A stretch of DNA of 64,000 nucleotides, taken from positions 1,426,001 through 1,490,000 of the forward strand of contig CDPCPM010000262.1 in NCBI GenBank assembly GCA_976551045.1. The letters run 5' to 3'. Below, piece after piece: positions 10,331 to 24,129 of the stretch. Under the pieces are notes generated by a model. That model was not told the DNA's origin, did no database searches, and saw only the letters and a list, made by a program, of their open reading frames with translations. Positions within the stretch are counted from its first letter, which is position 1. Every line of letters starts with the position of its first letter. The translations under genes and the position numbers were made by a program. Source of the stretch: Glaucostegus cemiculus (Eukaryota).

Positions 10331-11002
10331 CAGGCAGTCCCTGGGTTATGACAGGGTTCTGTTCCTGAGAACTATCCATAACCAGAACGTTTGTAAGTCA
10401 GAAATGAACAGAAGCAGCAGTGATGATAAGATCTTTATTAGTCACTTGTACATCGAAACACACAGTGAAATGCATTTCTTGCGCAGTGTTCTGGGGGGCA
10501 GCCTGCAAGTGTCGCCACGCTTCCGGCGCCAACATAGCATGCCCACAACTTCCTAACCCATATGTCTTTGGAATGTGGGAGGAAACCGGAGCACCCGGAG
10601 GAAACCCATGTGGACACAGGGAGAACGTACAAACTCCTGACAGAAAGCAGTGGGAATTGAACCCAGATTGCTGGCGCTGTAAAGCATTATGCTAACCGCT
10701 ACACTACTGTGCCTGCCAGCGAGCGGACGCGGGAAGAGTGGCCACCAGCTGACATCGCTGACACAGTGAGCAAGTCTGCACAGAGCTCCCAGCTCTGCTC
10801 GGCTCCACCCAGACCCCAGTTGATGTCATTCGGTGGGGAAGGGGGAGTGGTGGGCCGAGGAGAGAAGGCAGGCAGAAATGCCCCATTTCCACCCGGCAGA
10901 AGACCCCAGCAGCTGGCAAGTCCATCCCCACGGTCTCCCAAACGCTCGTCCGTATGTACAGGGTGTCCATAAGTTGGGTGCTGGTAACCCGGGGAAGAGC
11001 TG
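10331..11002. mobile_element. Tigger/pogo-like MITE with nested SINE
   Basis: TA on both sides; imperfect TIRs caggcagtccctgggtta / taacccggggaagagctg; related copy at 16872-17149. Confidence 0.6.
10425..10717 (-). mobile_element. Full-length tRNA-derived SINE (V-SINE-like)
   Basis: Head ggcaggcacagtagtgtagcggttagc...gggttcaattccc (A/B boxes), central V-like domain, tail ...gtacaagtgactaataaa. Confidence 0.85.
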
Positions 11003-13499
11003 TAAGCTTCTCGCATTTCTATATCACCTCTTAAAATGTCCTTGTGTCACAAACCACCTTTTAGACTGTGCAGTACTGAGAAAGGGCAGTCCCTGTTATA
11101 ATGCAGGAAACAGCGGTCAATTGCACACAGAAAACTGCCACAGACGTCGGTGGGGTGGAGACCAGGTAATACGTTATTTTGTGATATTGGCTGAGGAACA
11201 AATGTTGGGTGAGAGCTCCCTGTCCTTCAAAGTGGGGCATGTTACATAGTTCAAAGAGCAGAGAGGGCCTCTGACAGTGCAGGACTCCCTCAGCACCATG
11301 GTTAGTGGAGTGGGGGAACCCACAACCTCTGTTTCAGAGCAGACGCAATATACCATGCAGAATATAAAGTAGTGATGGTCTCATTCCCTGTCTCACACTA
11401 TGTTCGCAAAGCAATAAAACTGATTGACAGAGACTTTTCTCAAGGTTATTTTCTGAGTGAGTTCACCTGAGTGGGTGAAAAATCATTTAACCATAATTAG
11501 CATTTTTGCAGGTGTTAATGCCTTGTGTGCATTGTGTTCATTTTACAGCATTCCGTTCAGGAGTGGAAGGAGAAGACTCTGCTTCTGTTCCCACGGGGAT
11601 GAGTAAGAACAGATTGTATTTTCCAAGGGGAGGTGTTGATGCAGCAACAACAAACCATCTCACAACTGCATCAAAACAGATTGTCAGCTCCTGAATAATT
11701 ACCTCAGTGCAACAAGTTCATAATGGCTGTTTCATCACAAGAAGGCAATAGGAAAGGGAGCCCGTCTTCCATACAGCCTGTGCTTCTGATTGACACTGGC
11801 CCTCGGTTGGGTAACATAACAACTTCAAAATCCTCACCTCATTTTCCAATCTCTCCTTATCCCTGTGACCTCCTCCCGTGATGTGACCATCTATGATCAC
11901 TGATTCACCCAGATCTGTGCTCCTACTCATTAACAACCAAAATGCTAGCCTTAAGCATTGGAATTCCTTCCCTATATTTCTCTGCTTCTCTCCTTTAAAA
12001 TCTACCTCTTTGGTCATGCTTTAACTCAGCATTCCTAACGTCCCTTGGGATTGGTGTCAAGGTGTGTTTGCTTACACTCCAGTGAAGTGCCCGCGAATAG
12101 TTGCATTTGATAAAAGTGTTGTCAGTGAAAGTCACTGTGGCTTCTGCTCTGTGGCCCCTTTCGTAACCTTGGGATGTTCTAAATTACTTTACAGCCAACG
12201 GAGTCCTTTCAAAGTGTACTCACTGTTGTTACTTAGGAAATACAGCAGCCAGTTTAAGCACAGCAAGCTTCCACAGGCAGAAACATGATGAAGACTTGAC
12301 AACCTATGGTGATGTTGTTGTGGGGAATTCCCCTGCTCTTCCAATTCCTGCCTCCACATCAACCTGTCCTCCTGCCATGGTCTCCGAGATCCCCCGTTCC
12401 TCTACACTTCTCAGTACCTTACCATTAGTCGTGCATTTCCTCACCCTCTATACCCTCCTCAAATACATTTCCTCCCACTTCTCAGCACTGGATTCCATTT
12501 GCCACTTTTGTGTCTACCCAACCAGTGGATCGACATTTCGCTGGAACCTGGAATGTTCACTCTCAGCACCAGACTTCTTTGTCTCAACAATACATTCCAC
12601 CCCCACCCCACCCACCTCCAGCCCCCCCCCAGTCTGACTGAGTGCAACAGGCTCCACCTCAGCAGCTCTTGCCTGCCCAAGGACTGTACCCAGTTCAAGA
12701 CAATGTTTACTGATAGTAAGGGTGAAGTGGTAGGGAGCTTGAATTCAGGGCAAGATGTTCTCTCTGTGTTGTGCCTGATGACCAATGTATCAGGTTGCCC
12801 AGAGACTGGTGCAGTTGGAGTCAAGAAGCTCAGGCATTGTTAAAACATCACCAAATGAGACAAACTGCAGTTGGATGGAAACCAGGAAACAACGTTCTGC
12901 TTGGTGTATATATGAAGGAAAGCTGCTTCAGAAGGGCTCATTTAAAGTTCTAAAATCAAAAGTTGCAAACACGTTAGAATCCCAGTGCAATGTTGTTCTT
13001 CTCCTGAAGTCACTGGAGTTTGATGCATGACTTGGAGCAGGTATTCACAGAGGTCATTGCTGTTGTCAGATCCATTGGGAATAGATGTGTATGCAATAGG
13101 TAAGTTTAATGCAGCTAAATATAGTGTAATGCATGTCAGTGTAGCTATAAAAGTATACCTTGTTGGGTACATTTACCTCTGGCTGAGTTGGATCTTACTG
13201 CCCCAACCAGCAGATCTCATTCTCTATCATTGTGATGTCAGTTGAAGATTAAGTATTTGCCTGGACACCAGGCCTTTGACGTGGTCAGTAGCCCACTGGC
13301 AAGTAGCACTCAGGTTTCTGTAACCAAGTCCCCACCCACAACTGCCTGCAGAGAACTGGAGTTCATATCCTTCAGGGGAACAAGAGGTTATGCTTACCTT
13401 AAACCCAGACTTCTCATCGCTATTTAAATTCTCACCAATCTTGCATTAAAATAATACCTTGGCTTGTTGGCCTTTAGGAGGCTTTGGTAATAAATTAGT

Positions 13500-13972
13500 A
13501 AATTTAAATTGGTAAATAGGTTTATTATTGTCACACGTACCAAGGTAGAGTGAAAAACTTGTCTTGCATGCTGTCCATACAGATCAGTTCATCACAACAG
13601 TACATTGAGGTAGTACAAAGGAAAACAATAACAGAATGCAGAATAAAGTGTTACAGTTACAAAGAAAGTGCAGTGCAAGCAAACAATAAGATGCAAGGCC
13701 ACAACAAGGTAGATTGTGAGGTCAGAGTCCATCTTATCATATTAGGGGACCATTCAATAGTCTTATAACAGCGGGATAGAAACTGTCCTTGAGCCTGGTG
13801 GTACGTGCCCTCAGGCTTTTGTATCTTCTGCCCAATGGGAGGGGGGAGAAGAGAGAATGTCTGGGGTGGGTGGGGTTTTTGATTATGTTGGCTGCTTTAC
13901 TGAGGCAGCAAGAAGTGTAGACAGAGTCCGTGGAGGGGAGGCTGGTTTCTCTGATGTGCTGATCTGCTCTGA
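13500..13972 (-). mobile_element. Rex1/Babar LINE 3' fragment
   Basis: KAANIIKNPTHPRHSLFSPLPLGRRYKSLRARTTRLKDSFYPAVIRLLN plus 3' UTR. Confidence 0.85.
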
Positions 13973-16295
13973 TCCTACGGGAGGAAATAAGTGAAGGTGT
14001 GGGAAAGGAGGACTGTAACCTCTCCCCCTGTTCAATTTGATCAGAAGCTGAGCCTCTGGTCATTGTCACATTGCTCTGATGGATAGAAATTCTCCTCGAT
14101 GTACCATTTTCCTGAATTATTTCATGCCTATGACTGTGGAATGATTTTTCTTCTTGTGCTGTAAACTGAAGGATGACCTTGAATGCCGTCCCCAGAGACT
14201 GTGCCCCACATGTGCATTAGTGAAGGGGAGGTGATGCACTTGAGATTTATAAATTAGCCGGAGAATGGTAAATGGACTGATGTCTCCTGTTTCACAAAAC
14301 AAGACCAGAGGAGAATTGAGTCACACTGAGAAACAAGCAAAGGGTGCTTTTGTTTCTGAGTTCAGGATTAGCAATGAGGAGGAACCGTTTGAAAACTGCA
14401 CTGTGGCAGATACCTGATGCATTCATCATCAGTCACAATACAGAGAGAGCACCATGCCCTGAATTCTATCAACACCTTCACAGACAAGCTAAGCAGTTGG
14501 TTTGCAGCATGCCAATGAACGTTTTGTTGGGGAGCTGGACTTAGTACTTACCTTAAAGGGGAGCTGCTGGAATTGGGTTCACAGCACCAGCCTGACGCCT
14601 GCCCAGGTAGCTCCCCTTTAAATCCCACTCAGTCAGTCTTCACAGGCACAGAAAATGCTGGAAATACCAGGTAGGCTAGGCAGCATCAGTAGACAGAGAA
14701 AAACAGAGTTAACGTCCCAGGCCAGTGAACCAGTTCTGATGAAATTTGTTGACCTGAAGTGTTAACTGTTTCTTTCTCTGCAGATGCTGCTAAGTCTACT
14801 GAGTACTTCCAGCACCACGAATCCAATTTCCAAGCACACAGGGTAGATTAGTACAATGTGGGATTGAGAAATTGAAAACATGGACTCAACTCAAGGATTT
14901 ATTACAGCAATAAAAAAACTACAGATTGAAACAGTAAATGCTGGAAATGCTCAGCAAGTCAGGCAGCATCTGTGGAAAGAGAAACAATTAACATTGCAAG
15001 GTCTGAGACCCTTCGTTGGAACTGGGAAAGAGAGAAAACAGGTTGGTTTTCAGTAGGAGAGAAGGTAGGGGAGGGATGGTAGAACAAGTGGAATGTCTGT
15101 GATAGGATGAAATGAAAGGACAGTAGAGGGTCAAAGAGTCAGGTTTTAATGAACATTTCAGAAGGGGGGGCGGAGTTGTTTAGAGAGAATACCAGAGCCT
15201 CAGCTGCTGGAGACACAGCCAGCAGTGATGGAGCAATGGAAAGCAGCAACACACTAGAGGCCAGAATTAGTCAAGCCCACATATGTGGGGAGATGAGAAG
15301 ATGAGGCAGTGAGAATACAGACTTAGAGAGGGAGGGTGCTATAGGAGGAAGTAAACACAAGGGAAATGCATTACCATTTGTTAAAAAATAATCTGTTTCA
15401 ATACTCTGAGGTAGAAGAAACACTTAAAAGTCAAAATATTGAGGCGAAGATGCTGCTCCTCCCTCTGTCTGTGCTGCCTTAAACAGGAGACCGACAACGA
15501 TGGGTGTGAACCCAGATACTGTATTAGTACGTCATCCTGGTGTGTAAACCACTCACATAATAAAATATAATCAATAGAAAAAATGCCTTAAAATGGAATG
15601 AACACAGTCATCAGGGGATAGCATTCTCCTTGATCCCAGCTCCAGATTCTGGTCACTGCTATGAGCAATACTGGACCCTCATGTTCAGAACCGCTCTGTA
15701 CATTGTGCTCTGTTCTCTGTACCACATGGTACTTCATCTGGAGGAAACAGTAGGGTATCTTCAACTGGATGATGGTGTTTTTCTCAATGTTTTTCAGATT
15801 ATCAAAACTGATTACACATTAGTAAACCAAGGATAATCTCAAATTGTCAAACTGTTTTAATTTAGAAAATACAGATTAACCGTTTTCATCAAAACTCAAT
15901 CACTTCAATTAGCTCATAGCCCTGCTCATGTCAAATCAATCATCCAGCCTGGTTTTACTTGGTCTCTTTAATCTGGCATTGAAACAGGTCAAGGTCAAAG
16001 GGCGGCTGATCTTCATTGCAAAAACAACAACTTTCATTTATGCAGTGCCTTTAAAAAAACAAAATAGGCTAATTCTCCTCACATGAGTGTTAGTGAACTC
16101 TAATTATTGATGGGTCACAGCAAAAAATACCAGAACAGGTACCTGATAGCCTGGACAAGGGATTAGGTTCTAAGAAGCATCTTAAAAAAGGAAAAAGAGG
16201 ACAAGAGGCAAAGAGATTTGGGGAGGGAATTCCAGAGCTTAGGGCCCCACAGCTGAAGGCGCAACCACTAAGAGATGGCAAATGAACACTTTGCA

Positions 16296-18380
16296 TCAGT
16301 TTTCATTCTGGATCAGGGGGTTAGAAAGAGGGAGGAACTCAGGAAAATTGCGATCACCAGGGAAATGGCACAGAGCGAGCTGTTGGAGCTGTGGGCTGAC
16401 AGGTCTCTGGGTCATGATGAATTTCGTCCTAGGGTCTGAGCAGAAGTGGTGAGAGGGATACTTGATGCATTGGTTTTCCAACTTCCTTAAATTTGCTGAA
16501 GGTTCCATTAGATTTGAAAACAGTAGATGTAACTTCTTGATTCAAAAAGATAGAAAGCAGGAACTACACAGGTCAGTAGCTTAACATTTGTCAGAGGGAA
16601 AATGTTAGAAGCTGTTATTAAAGATGCTACAACAAGACACTTAGGAAAAATCAAGGTAACCAGTTTAAGTCAAAATAGTTTTGTGAAAGTGAAATAATGT
16701 TTGACCAATTTATTGGAGTTGTTTGAAGAAGCAACATATGCTGCGGATAAAGGAGAACCAGTGACATTGATCAGTACTGCATCAAAGGCTAATGAGGAAA
16801 GTTAAACCTCAGGTTGTAGAAGGTAACATACTGATGTTGACAGAGATCGGATGGAGAACAGGAAACAGATACATCTCCTCCACCAGTTAGGAAAGGGTTC
16901 CATTCCTGAGAACTGTTCATAACCTGGACTGTTTGCAAGTCGGAAGTGCAGCCGCAGACTGAGTTCCTCACAGCAGAAGATGCCCACGGACTGAGTTCTG
17001 AGTTCCCCACGGCAGGAGATGCCCATGGACTGAGTTCTGAGTTCCCCATGGCAGGAGATGTCCACGACCCTGCAGCAGCCTTCCAAAGGCTCAGTCATAT
17101 GTACAGGTTTGTTCACAAGTCAGCCATTTGTAAGCTGGAGAAAACCTGCAGGAAACACAAATGAGTCTTTTTCTAGTTGTGCCGAGGGATTGGCGCTTGG
17201 GCGTTAACATTTTACAATGCATGTGAATGATTTGGATAAAAGCACTGAAGGTTTGGTTGCTGAATTTGCCTTTGACAGAAAGGATTGTAGGAAAGTAAAT
17301 TATAGACAAGGCTAAAGATGGATAGCAAGAGGTTGTGAGTCGGGAAAAATCTGACAAATGGAGTATAATCCAGGAAAATGTGAAATTGTCCACTTTGACG
17401 GGAAAAATAAATTATGAGAGATAAATTATGAGAGACATTTATCTAAATTATGAGAGATTGAGATACAGAGAGAGTGGATATCCTGTGTGATTCACAGAAG
17501 GGTAGTATGCAGAGAAAACAAGTAGCTGGTAAAGATAACAGGATGTTAATTGTTATTTGAGGCAAACTGAATGCAGAAGTAGAGTCACAGAGTCATAGTC
17601 ATACAGCACGGAAACAGGCCGTTCAGCCCAACTGGTCCATGCCGACCAAGATGCCCTATCTAAGCGAGTCCCATTTGCCAGTGTTCACCCCATAAGCTTC
17701 TAAGCCTTTCCAATCCATGTATCTGTCGAACTGTCTTTCAGAGAATGAACATTCAGCCCTTGAACCAATTGCACAGGAAGAGGGGCCCGCCCACCTGCAC
17801 AGGAGGAGGCCATTTAAATTCTCCCTCCTCTTTCCAGCATTCAGTTAGATGTAGTCTAACTCTGCCAGAATTCCAGCATGGGTTGCCTAACCCTAAAAAA
17901 ATCACACAACTCAGCAAAACAACATGAGCCTCAGTTTTGACATTCTCGATCGACACCCCACTAGCAGCTTTTACTTTGGGGGTGGGGGGGGCGTAGAGAG
18001 GTTGTGCTTCAGTGTATAGGACATTGGTGAGACCACCTTTGGAATATATGTGCAGAGCTGTTCCCCTTATTTAAGGAAGGATGTTAATTTGTTGGAAGCG
18101 GTTCAGAGAAGATTAATTAGACTAATACCTGGAATGGATGGGCTTCCAGGAATACCTGGAAGGTTGTGTAGGTTGAGCTTGTACCCACTGGGGTTTACTC
18201 AAATGAGAGGGAACTTGATTGAAACATACAAGATCCTGAGGCATTTTGACAGGGTGAAGATGAAAAGGATGTTTCCTCTCGATGGAAAATGTGAACAAGG
18301 AGTCACTGTTCAAAACTAAAGGGTCCGCCATTTAAGACAAAGATGGGGTGATTTTTTTCTCAAAGGGTCATTTGTCTTTA
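16296..18380 (+). mobile_element. Old, fragmented CR1 LINE ORF2 with nested insertions
   Basis: Decayed NYxxVSLT, SQxxFVK..CLTNLLE, and PYLRKDVNLLEAVQRRL motifs; interrupted by a MITE (16872-17149) and a minus-strand CR1 tail (about 17582-17738). Confidence 0.7.
16872..17149. mobile_element. Tigger-like MITE carrying an internal 32-39-bp tandem triplication (about 16957-17066)
   Basis: Ends similar to 10331-11002 (gggttc..ttcctgagaact.t.cataacc; atgtacagg.t.gt.ca.aagt). Unit gactgagttc(tgagttc)cccacggcaggagatgcccayg. Confidence 0.6.
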
Positions 18381-19829
18381 GAATGCCTCTCCTTACGAGA
18401 CAGTGGAATTCGGCTGAAGGAAATAAAAACACCAGAAACAGAAGAACAGAGAGAGCTCAGAATGTTATGGGCCTGGAGAAAATTACAAGGATGTGAAGAG
18501 AAGAGGGAAAAGAAGGGTGAGAACTTTGAAATCAATCACATTGCTTAATTAGTCTATTTATCATGAGTCTAAAAAGTTAAAAACCATAAAGCTCTACTTG
18601 TGGTACCACCCTGGCTCATTGTATCCCCCTTCCACCTTAGGACAGCAAACCAGAGCCTCAGTCATTGTCACCTCAGACCCTCTCACTGACCTTAAACGAC
18701 CAGAATCAATCAAGTATGAAGCTGACACTGTTATACTTTGGGAAACAAGCAGTTAACACAGCAAACTCCCACATAATGCAGCACGTTAATACCCAGAGCT
18801 TTCAATAATAGTGGAAGGAACAATGTTGGACAGTGGCTGGAACTCCCCAGATCTTCTTTGAAAAGTGCTGGAGAATCAAAAAACTTTACACTTCCAGGTT
18901 TTTTTTAACAGAATTCAAAACTGACAAGGTAGAATCTGACCTGACACTCACTGGACTAAAAGTCCAGGATTATTAGCCTCTATACTATGTTATTAATCTT
19001 GTTAATTAATTTTGATAGCAAATGTATGCAGCCGATTTATGCACAGCAAGCTCCCACAAATGACGACTGAATAATTGCCCAGAACTTCCTAACAAGAGGA
19101 AGCTGTTCTGTTCCCATCTCTGACTGACCAAGGCACTAACTCCAGATTTACTTTTAGCACTTCCCCAGAGGTCACCTCACACCCACAAGGTGACCCAGCC
19201 CTGAATGGAGAGACTCTGTGTGGCAGCAGAGCAGTGAAGTGGGTGAGCCAAAACAAGCCCTGCCCATAAAACTGTCCAAAGTTCTTTGACAGCCAGCTAA
19301 GCCATACCCCCATTCACCAGCACTCAAGGCTTTGAACTTCTGAATCTCTCATAACAAAATCATTCAAAATAATTACCAACATTCAACATTCAACATTCAA
19401 CATCTTAAAAATTAAAATTACTTCATTTTACAAAGTAAAAATTTTAAAAATTAATATATTTTAAACACGTCAATTAAAATCACGTCAATAATCTAAAACA
19501 ATAACTATATAATATAACTAAAACTTTCCTTGGCCCCTCATATGTCTGACCCAGAACCACTGTTACTGTGGCAGATCCAAAGTTGTCTGGGACACCTAAG
19601 GTCTGGTGTACTCTTTTGCAACGTTGCACTTGGCCACAGGATTCCAAATTATTCTTGAAAAGTAACGACTGGAAGCTCAGGGCTTCTGCATTTGTAAGGA
19701 TGTTCAGAACTTGCTGTCACATGCAGCTGTGGGGAGTCACATGAGTAACTGGTGATATCTCCCTGCAAAATCAGGGGGATTGTTGCTTAAACAATCTCTA
19801 TTGATCTGGAGATGAGAAAGCATATTTTC

Positions 19830-21990
19830 CCCCAACAACACACTTTATTTATAATATCTACAGTAAATTGGGACATGACATTTTCTTCATTTACTGCATC
19901 AAGCAATTAAATACATGCCCTTACAATATACTAATACCACTAATATTTCATTATTTATTAATATTCATAATTTATTAATTTGTTTTTCTTGTGAATGCTG
20001 TTTATCTGATGCTATGTGCCTGTGATGCTGCTGTATGCGTTTTTCATTGCCCCTGTACACACATGGACCTGTACATGTGACAATAAACTTGACTCTGATT
20101 ATTAAACAGTGCATCCGTGAAGCGTTTGAGAGGCTGTTACACAGGGCCCAGCCCCTCCCTGTCCAGTGGTGGCAGGACCAAGATCATTGCTTTACCAAGC
20201 TTTAGTGAATTCCTCAGCACATACTCCTGCACTGTAGAATGTGCCAGTCAGCACTCAGCCGCAGACATTTCCTTGCATTGTCAGACCAACAAGTTTCGAG
20301 TAGACCAAAGTTCACCTTTCACTGTTGATGATTTTCCAGCAGCAGTTGATGTTTGTCTCAGGATGTATCCCAAACAGCACAGAGTCCTGTGTTATGCAGC
20401 TGTTTTGGGATAAACCTCGACAAAGACCATCACATCACTTTTCACTCTTAGCAAACACACAGTCTACGAGGAGGACCACTTGGACCAGGTTGCTAAAGGA
20501 CATAGCTACACTCTTGCTGCAATTGACTTTGGTCCCTGAAGCCAGTTGAAACTGATTGCAAATGCTGATCAAACTGCAGACGGACAGTGGGTCTGAGCAG
20601 AAGACAGCGACGTTGTCCACGTTCATGGAGGCTTTGACTTGTGAGTTCCACCTGCCTGGGATCATCACCCCCTTATGCCCATGTTCTTCTGGACTGATTC
20701 GGCAAAAGGCTCAGTGCAACACACAAACAAAACCGAGGTCAGTTTTGTCTGACTCCAGATTTGATGTGGAAACTTTCCATTTCCCTCCTGTTAAGTTGGA
20801 CTGTACTGCTGAATCTAATTCCAGATTCCCTTCCCATAGCCCATTCTGGAGAGTACACCCATCACGTACACATGCAATGTTCTGTTAAAGGCCTGTTCCT
20901 CATCCAAGCTGATCAGCCAAGTGTCCACCTTTGGTCCCTCATGTGCGTGATTGATTCCCTGAGCAGCACAAGGCCGTCAGGTATCTTCCTGCTGGGTATG
21001 TTGTAGGTCTGGTCTGGGTGGGTCTCTTGCCCCAGGACAGACAGGACTCAATCGATAATGGCCTTGGACTGAATCCTGTAACCCACCTTCAACAGCAAGA
21101 TGGGTCACCAACTTCTGATCTCCTCCATTCTGCTTGTAGATGAGGGTGATGATGCCCTTCCTCATGGATTCTGACATGTCGTCAGCTGGAAGCATAGTGT
21201 TGTACACTTCCAGCAGGTCTCAGCTCATCCAGTTCCACAGAGCTGAGAATAACTCAGCTAGTAAGCCGTTGCTTCCAGGAGTCTTACTTGCCTTGAAGGA
21301 AAGGGACAACTTTGTCAATTTAGGGTCAATAGGTGGTCCAGGCTCTCCAGCTTGCCATCATCTAAAAACTTTGACAGACAGGAAGTCCTGGGAGGCTGTG
21401 CTTTCTGTGGCCTTCCCATCAAACAGACCGGCACAGAAGGATTTTCAGATCCTCAGTACGTCCATCTGTGAGGATGTCACTGAACCATCCTCTTCCTGAA
21501 GGCTGCTGATCACGGAGCTCCCTCTTTGGACACTTAGGAGGAAGGAGTGTGAGCCAGTCTTAACCTGCCGCACGGAGCAGACCCTGGGTCAGAAGATGAT
21601 CTTGGAGAACTCTGCTGCAAAGAGTGAAGCTTACGGCCTCTTTATCTCTTGGCGTTCCTCCTCTAGATCCACCCCACCGACTGCAGCGGAAGCAGGTCTG
21701 CATGCTTTTCTGGAGTTGACGCAATTCCCACTAACTCTCACTTTCTCAATACCTTTGAGGATGAAGAACGCTTGATTTTCGCCTTGATTGCTTCTTACCA
21801 GCACATCAGGGATCAAAGAAGGTTTCACAGTTCTCTACCCTGCATCATCCCTTTTAAGTTTCACAATGTCTTCTGAGGTCAGCAGTTTGACATTCAGCTT
21901 CCATGTGCCCCTGCCAATCCTCTGGTGTTCCTGTAGGTGACAGTCAGCCTGAAGGAGGCGGTGGTCAGAGATGAACATGGCACACTTCTT
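19830..21990 (-). mobile_element. Decayed Tx1/L1-clade LINE ORF2
   Basis: In order on the minus strand: FISDH..GRGTWKLN (end of APE endonuclease), KTPGSNGL.AE, SMRKGIITLIYKQ, degenerate YMDD box VKASMNVDNVAVFC...ASGTKVN.SKS, then aataaa. Many frameshifts and deletions. Confidence 0.8.
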
Positions 21991-22078
21991 CAAGTAGGGT
22001 CATGGGAGTATTAGCTCAACTAACAGGCAGTGAGATGTCCAAACTCCCGTCTGAATGAATGCACCTTAAGTAATGCAG

Positions 22079-22302
22079 CACCTGCTCATGGCCTTGCACT
22101 ATCTCGCTGTGGCCTTGCACCTTACTGCCTACCTGCACTGCACTTTCGCTGTAACTGTAACATTCTATTCTGCATTCTGTTATTGCTTTCCCTTGCACTA
22201 CCTCAATGCACTGATGTAATGAAATGATCTGTGTGGATGGCATGCAAAACAAAGTTTTTCACTGTACCTTGGTACATGTGATGGTAATAAAACAATTTAC
22301 CA
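22079..22302 (+). mobile_element. Rex1/Babar 3' UTR fragment
   Basis: Reverse complement of the UTR at 13500-13710. Confidence 0.75.
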
Positions 22303-24129
22303 TTATCATATTGAAATATCAGCCTAGATTAGTAAAAATAATCCAGAACTAGTTCCAAGATGTTTCTTGTTTATAAATAATCTTCACAGACTGGATAGTG
22401 TTACATGATGTTCCTTGGATTCATTTCACAGAACTATTTAGATCCTGTTCTATCATAGGCCAGATGGGCAGAGGTCCAAGTAATAGATATCTAATTTGTA
22501 ACAAGCTTAAAGTATTACCATCAATGTCATAGACAGTGCAGTTTGTGCAAGCTAGTGTTGGTGGTGATATAGTTATTGTTCCTTATGAGAGAATTAAGTT
22601 TGACAGAGCTTAGTTACTATGGTAAAACATTGAATTAGAAAAATGATCCACTTGTTTCCTGTTTCAGGTTGCTTCTTACTGTATAATTAAACTTTCTTTT
22701 GATCACTTGACGATTATTGAGGCCTGATTGTTCTTTCTTTAAGCAATTATTGTTCATTACCTCCAATAATTCAAAGACAGGAAATAAGATTGCTTGCTGG
22801 CAACTATATAAAGACAGAATAAAATCCCAAAGTTGAATCCTAACATAAAATACACAGTATAAATATCTCTCTCTATTTTGTTTGTACTTTACTAGATGTT
22901 AATCTTTTTAAAACCCTGTATTGGTGCTTTGTCCTTTGTGTTGGTGAAGTTGGGACGAGATATCTGTCTCTAGATGATATGTGTTAAGTCATTATATTCA
23001 CCCCTGCTCCAGATTTAGAACTCTGAATATAAAATTGAAGAGTTTTATATTCTGTACAATAAACACATGTGGAAAAAAGAATGGAAGGATATATTCAAGG
23101 GGTCAGGTAAAGAGGGGTGGGAAAGTCAAAGTTGAGATTATTGTCATATGCACAAGTCCACGTGTGCACAGGTGCAATGAAAAACTTACTTGCAGCAGCA
23201 TCACAGGCACAGAGCATCAGATAAGCAGCATTCACAAGAAAAACAAATAAAACATAAATTATACACCATTTTTACAAGAAAGAACATAATTAGAACAAAA
23301 TAAAAGCAAAGCCTATTTTAGTGCAAAGTGATTGATGTGGTCATAGTGTTGTTAAACTGTAGTACTTAGGTTTTGCTGGTTGGTTCAAGAAGAAGCTCAT
23401 GTGGAGAATAAAGAGTGGTGTGGACCATATGGGTCACTTCCTGCAAACTACACTCCATATAATGACATCTTTATCCTGCTAATGTTTAAAACACTGTCTC
23501 TTCATTTACCTTGAGCTATTATCAAAGCCTGTCAATGCATTCTCATGTATTCTATGTTTTACAGTGAAATGCTTAAAGTGCCAGTTTCCGTATGTCACAT
23601 CAAAATCAGTCTGTCTTACTCAGAATTTAGTTTTTTTTATTAGCTTCAGTCAGTTTGAGTCAGATAAATAGGGTTTGCTACATTCATAAATATACAAATT
23701 CAACATGTTCCTCACGCGTTTTCTCTTGCATCTCTGAATTGAATGACAGGAGCACTGAGGTTCTAAGGCACTTTACTAAGGAGCCGGGATATTAGAGATT
23801 TAGCTAATGTTAGATTCTATAATAATTTTGCATATTGCCTCCAAGTCAGAAAACTGTGATGTGAAGTACTACTGCTGAGATTTGAGCACAAAATCCTAGG
23901 CTGCAGTACCGAGGGAGAGCTGTACACTCAGAGATAGCGCCTTTGGGATAAGATGTTAAGTGTCTGCTCCCTGATGGGAACATCAATGATCATATGGCAC
24001 TATTTCAAAGAGGGATATTGAAGTTTTCCCTGCACTGCCAGCCAATAGTTTTTCCTTTGTCAACATCACTAAAAGTCAAATTGTCCGGTCATTATCATTT
24101 TGCTGTATGTGGGAGATTACTGTGCATGA

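Noticed and set aside
10640-10717. tRNA gene
   Set aside because: The A/B boxes belong to a SINE head; no full cloverleaf, and it continues into the SINE body.
17410-19402. Short tandem repeats (aaattatgagag x3 near 17410; aacattc x4 near 19378)
   Set aside because: Ordinary slippage repeats with no further structure.
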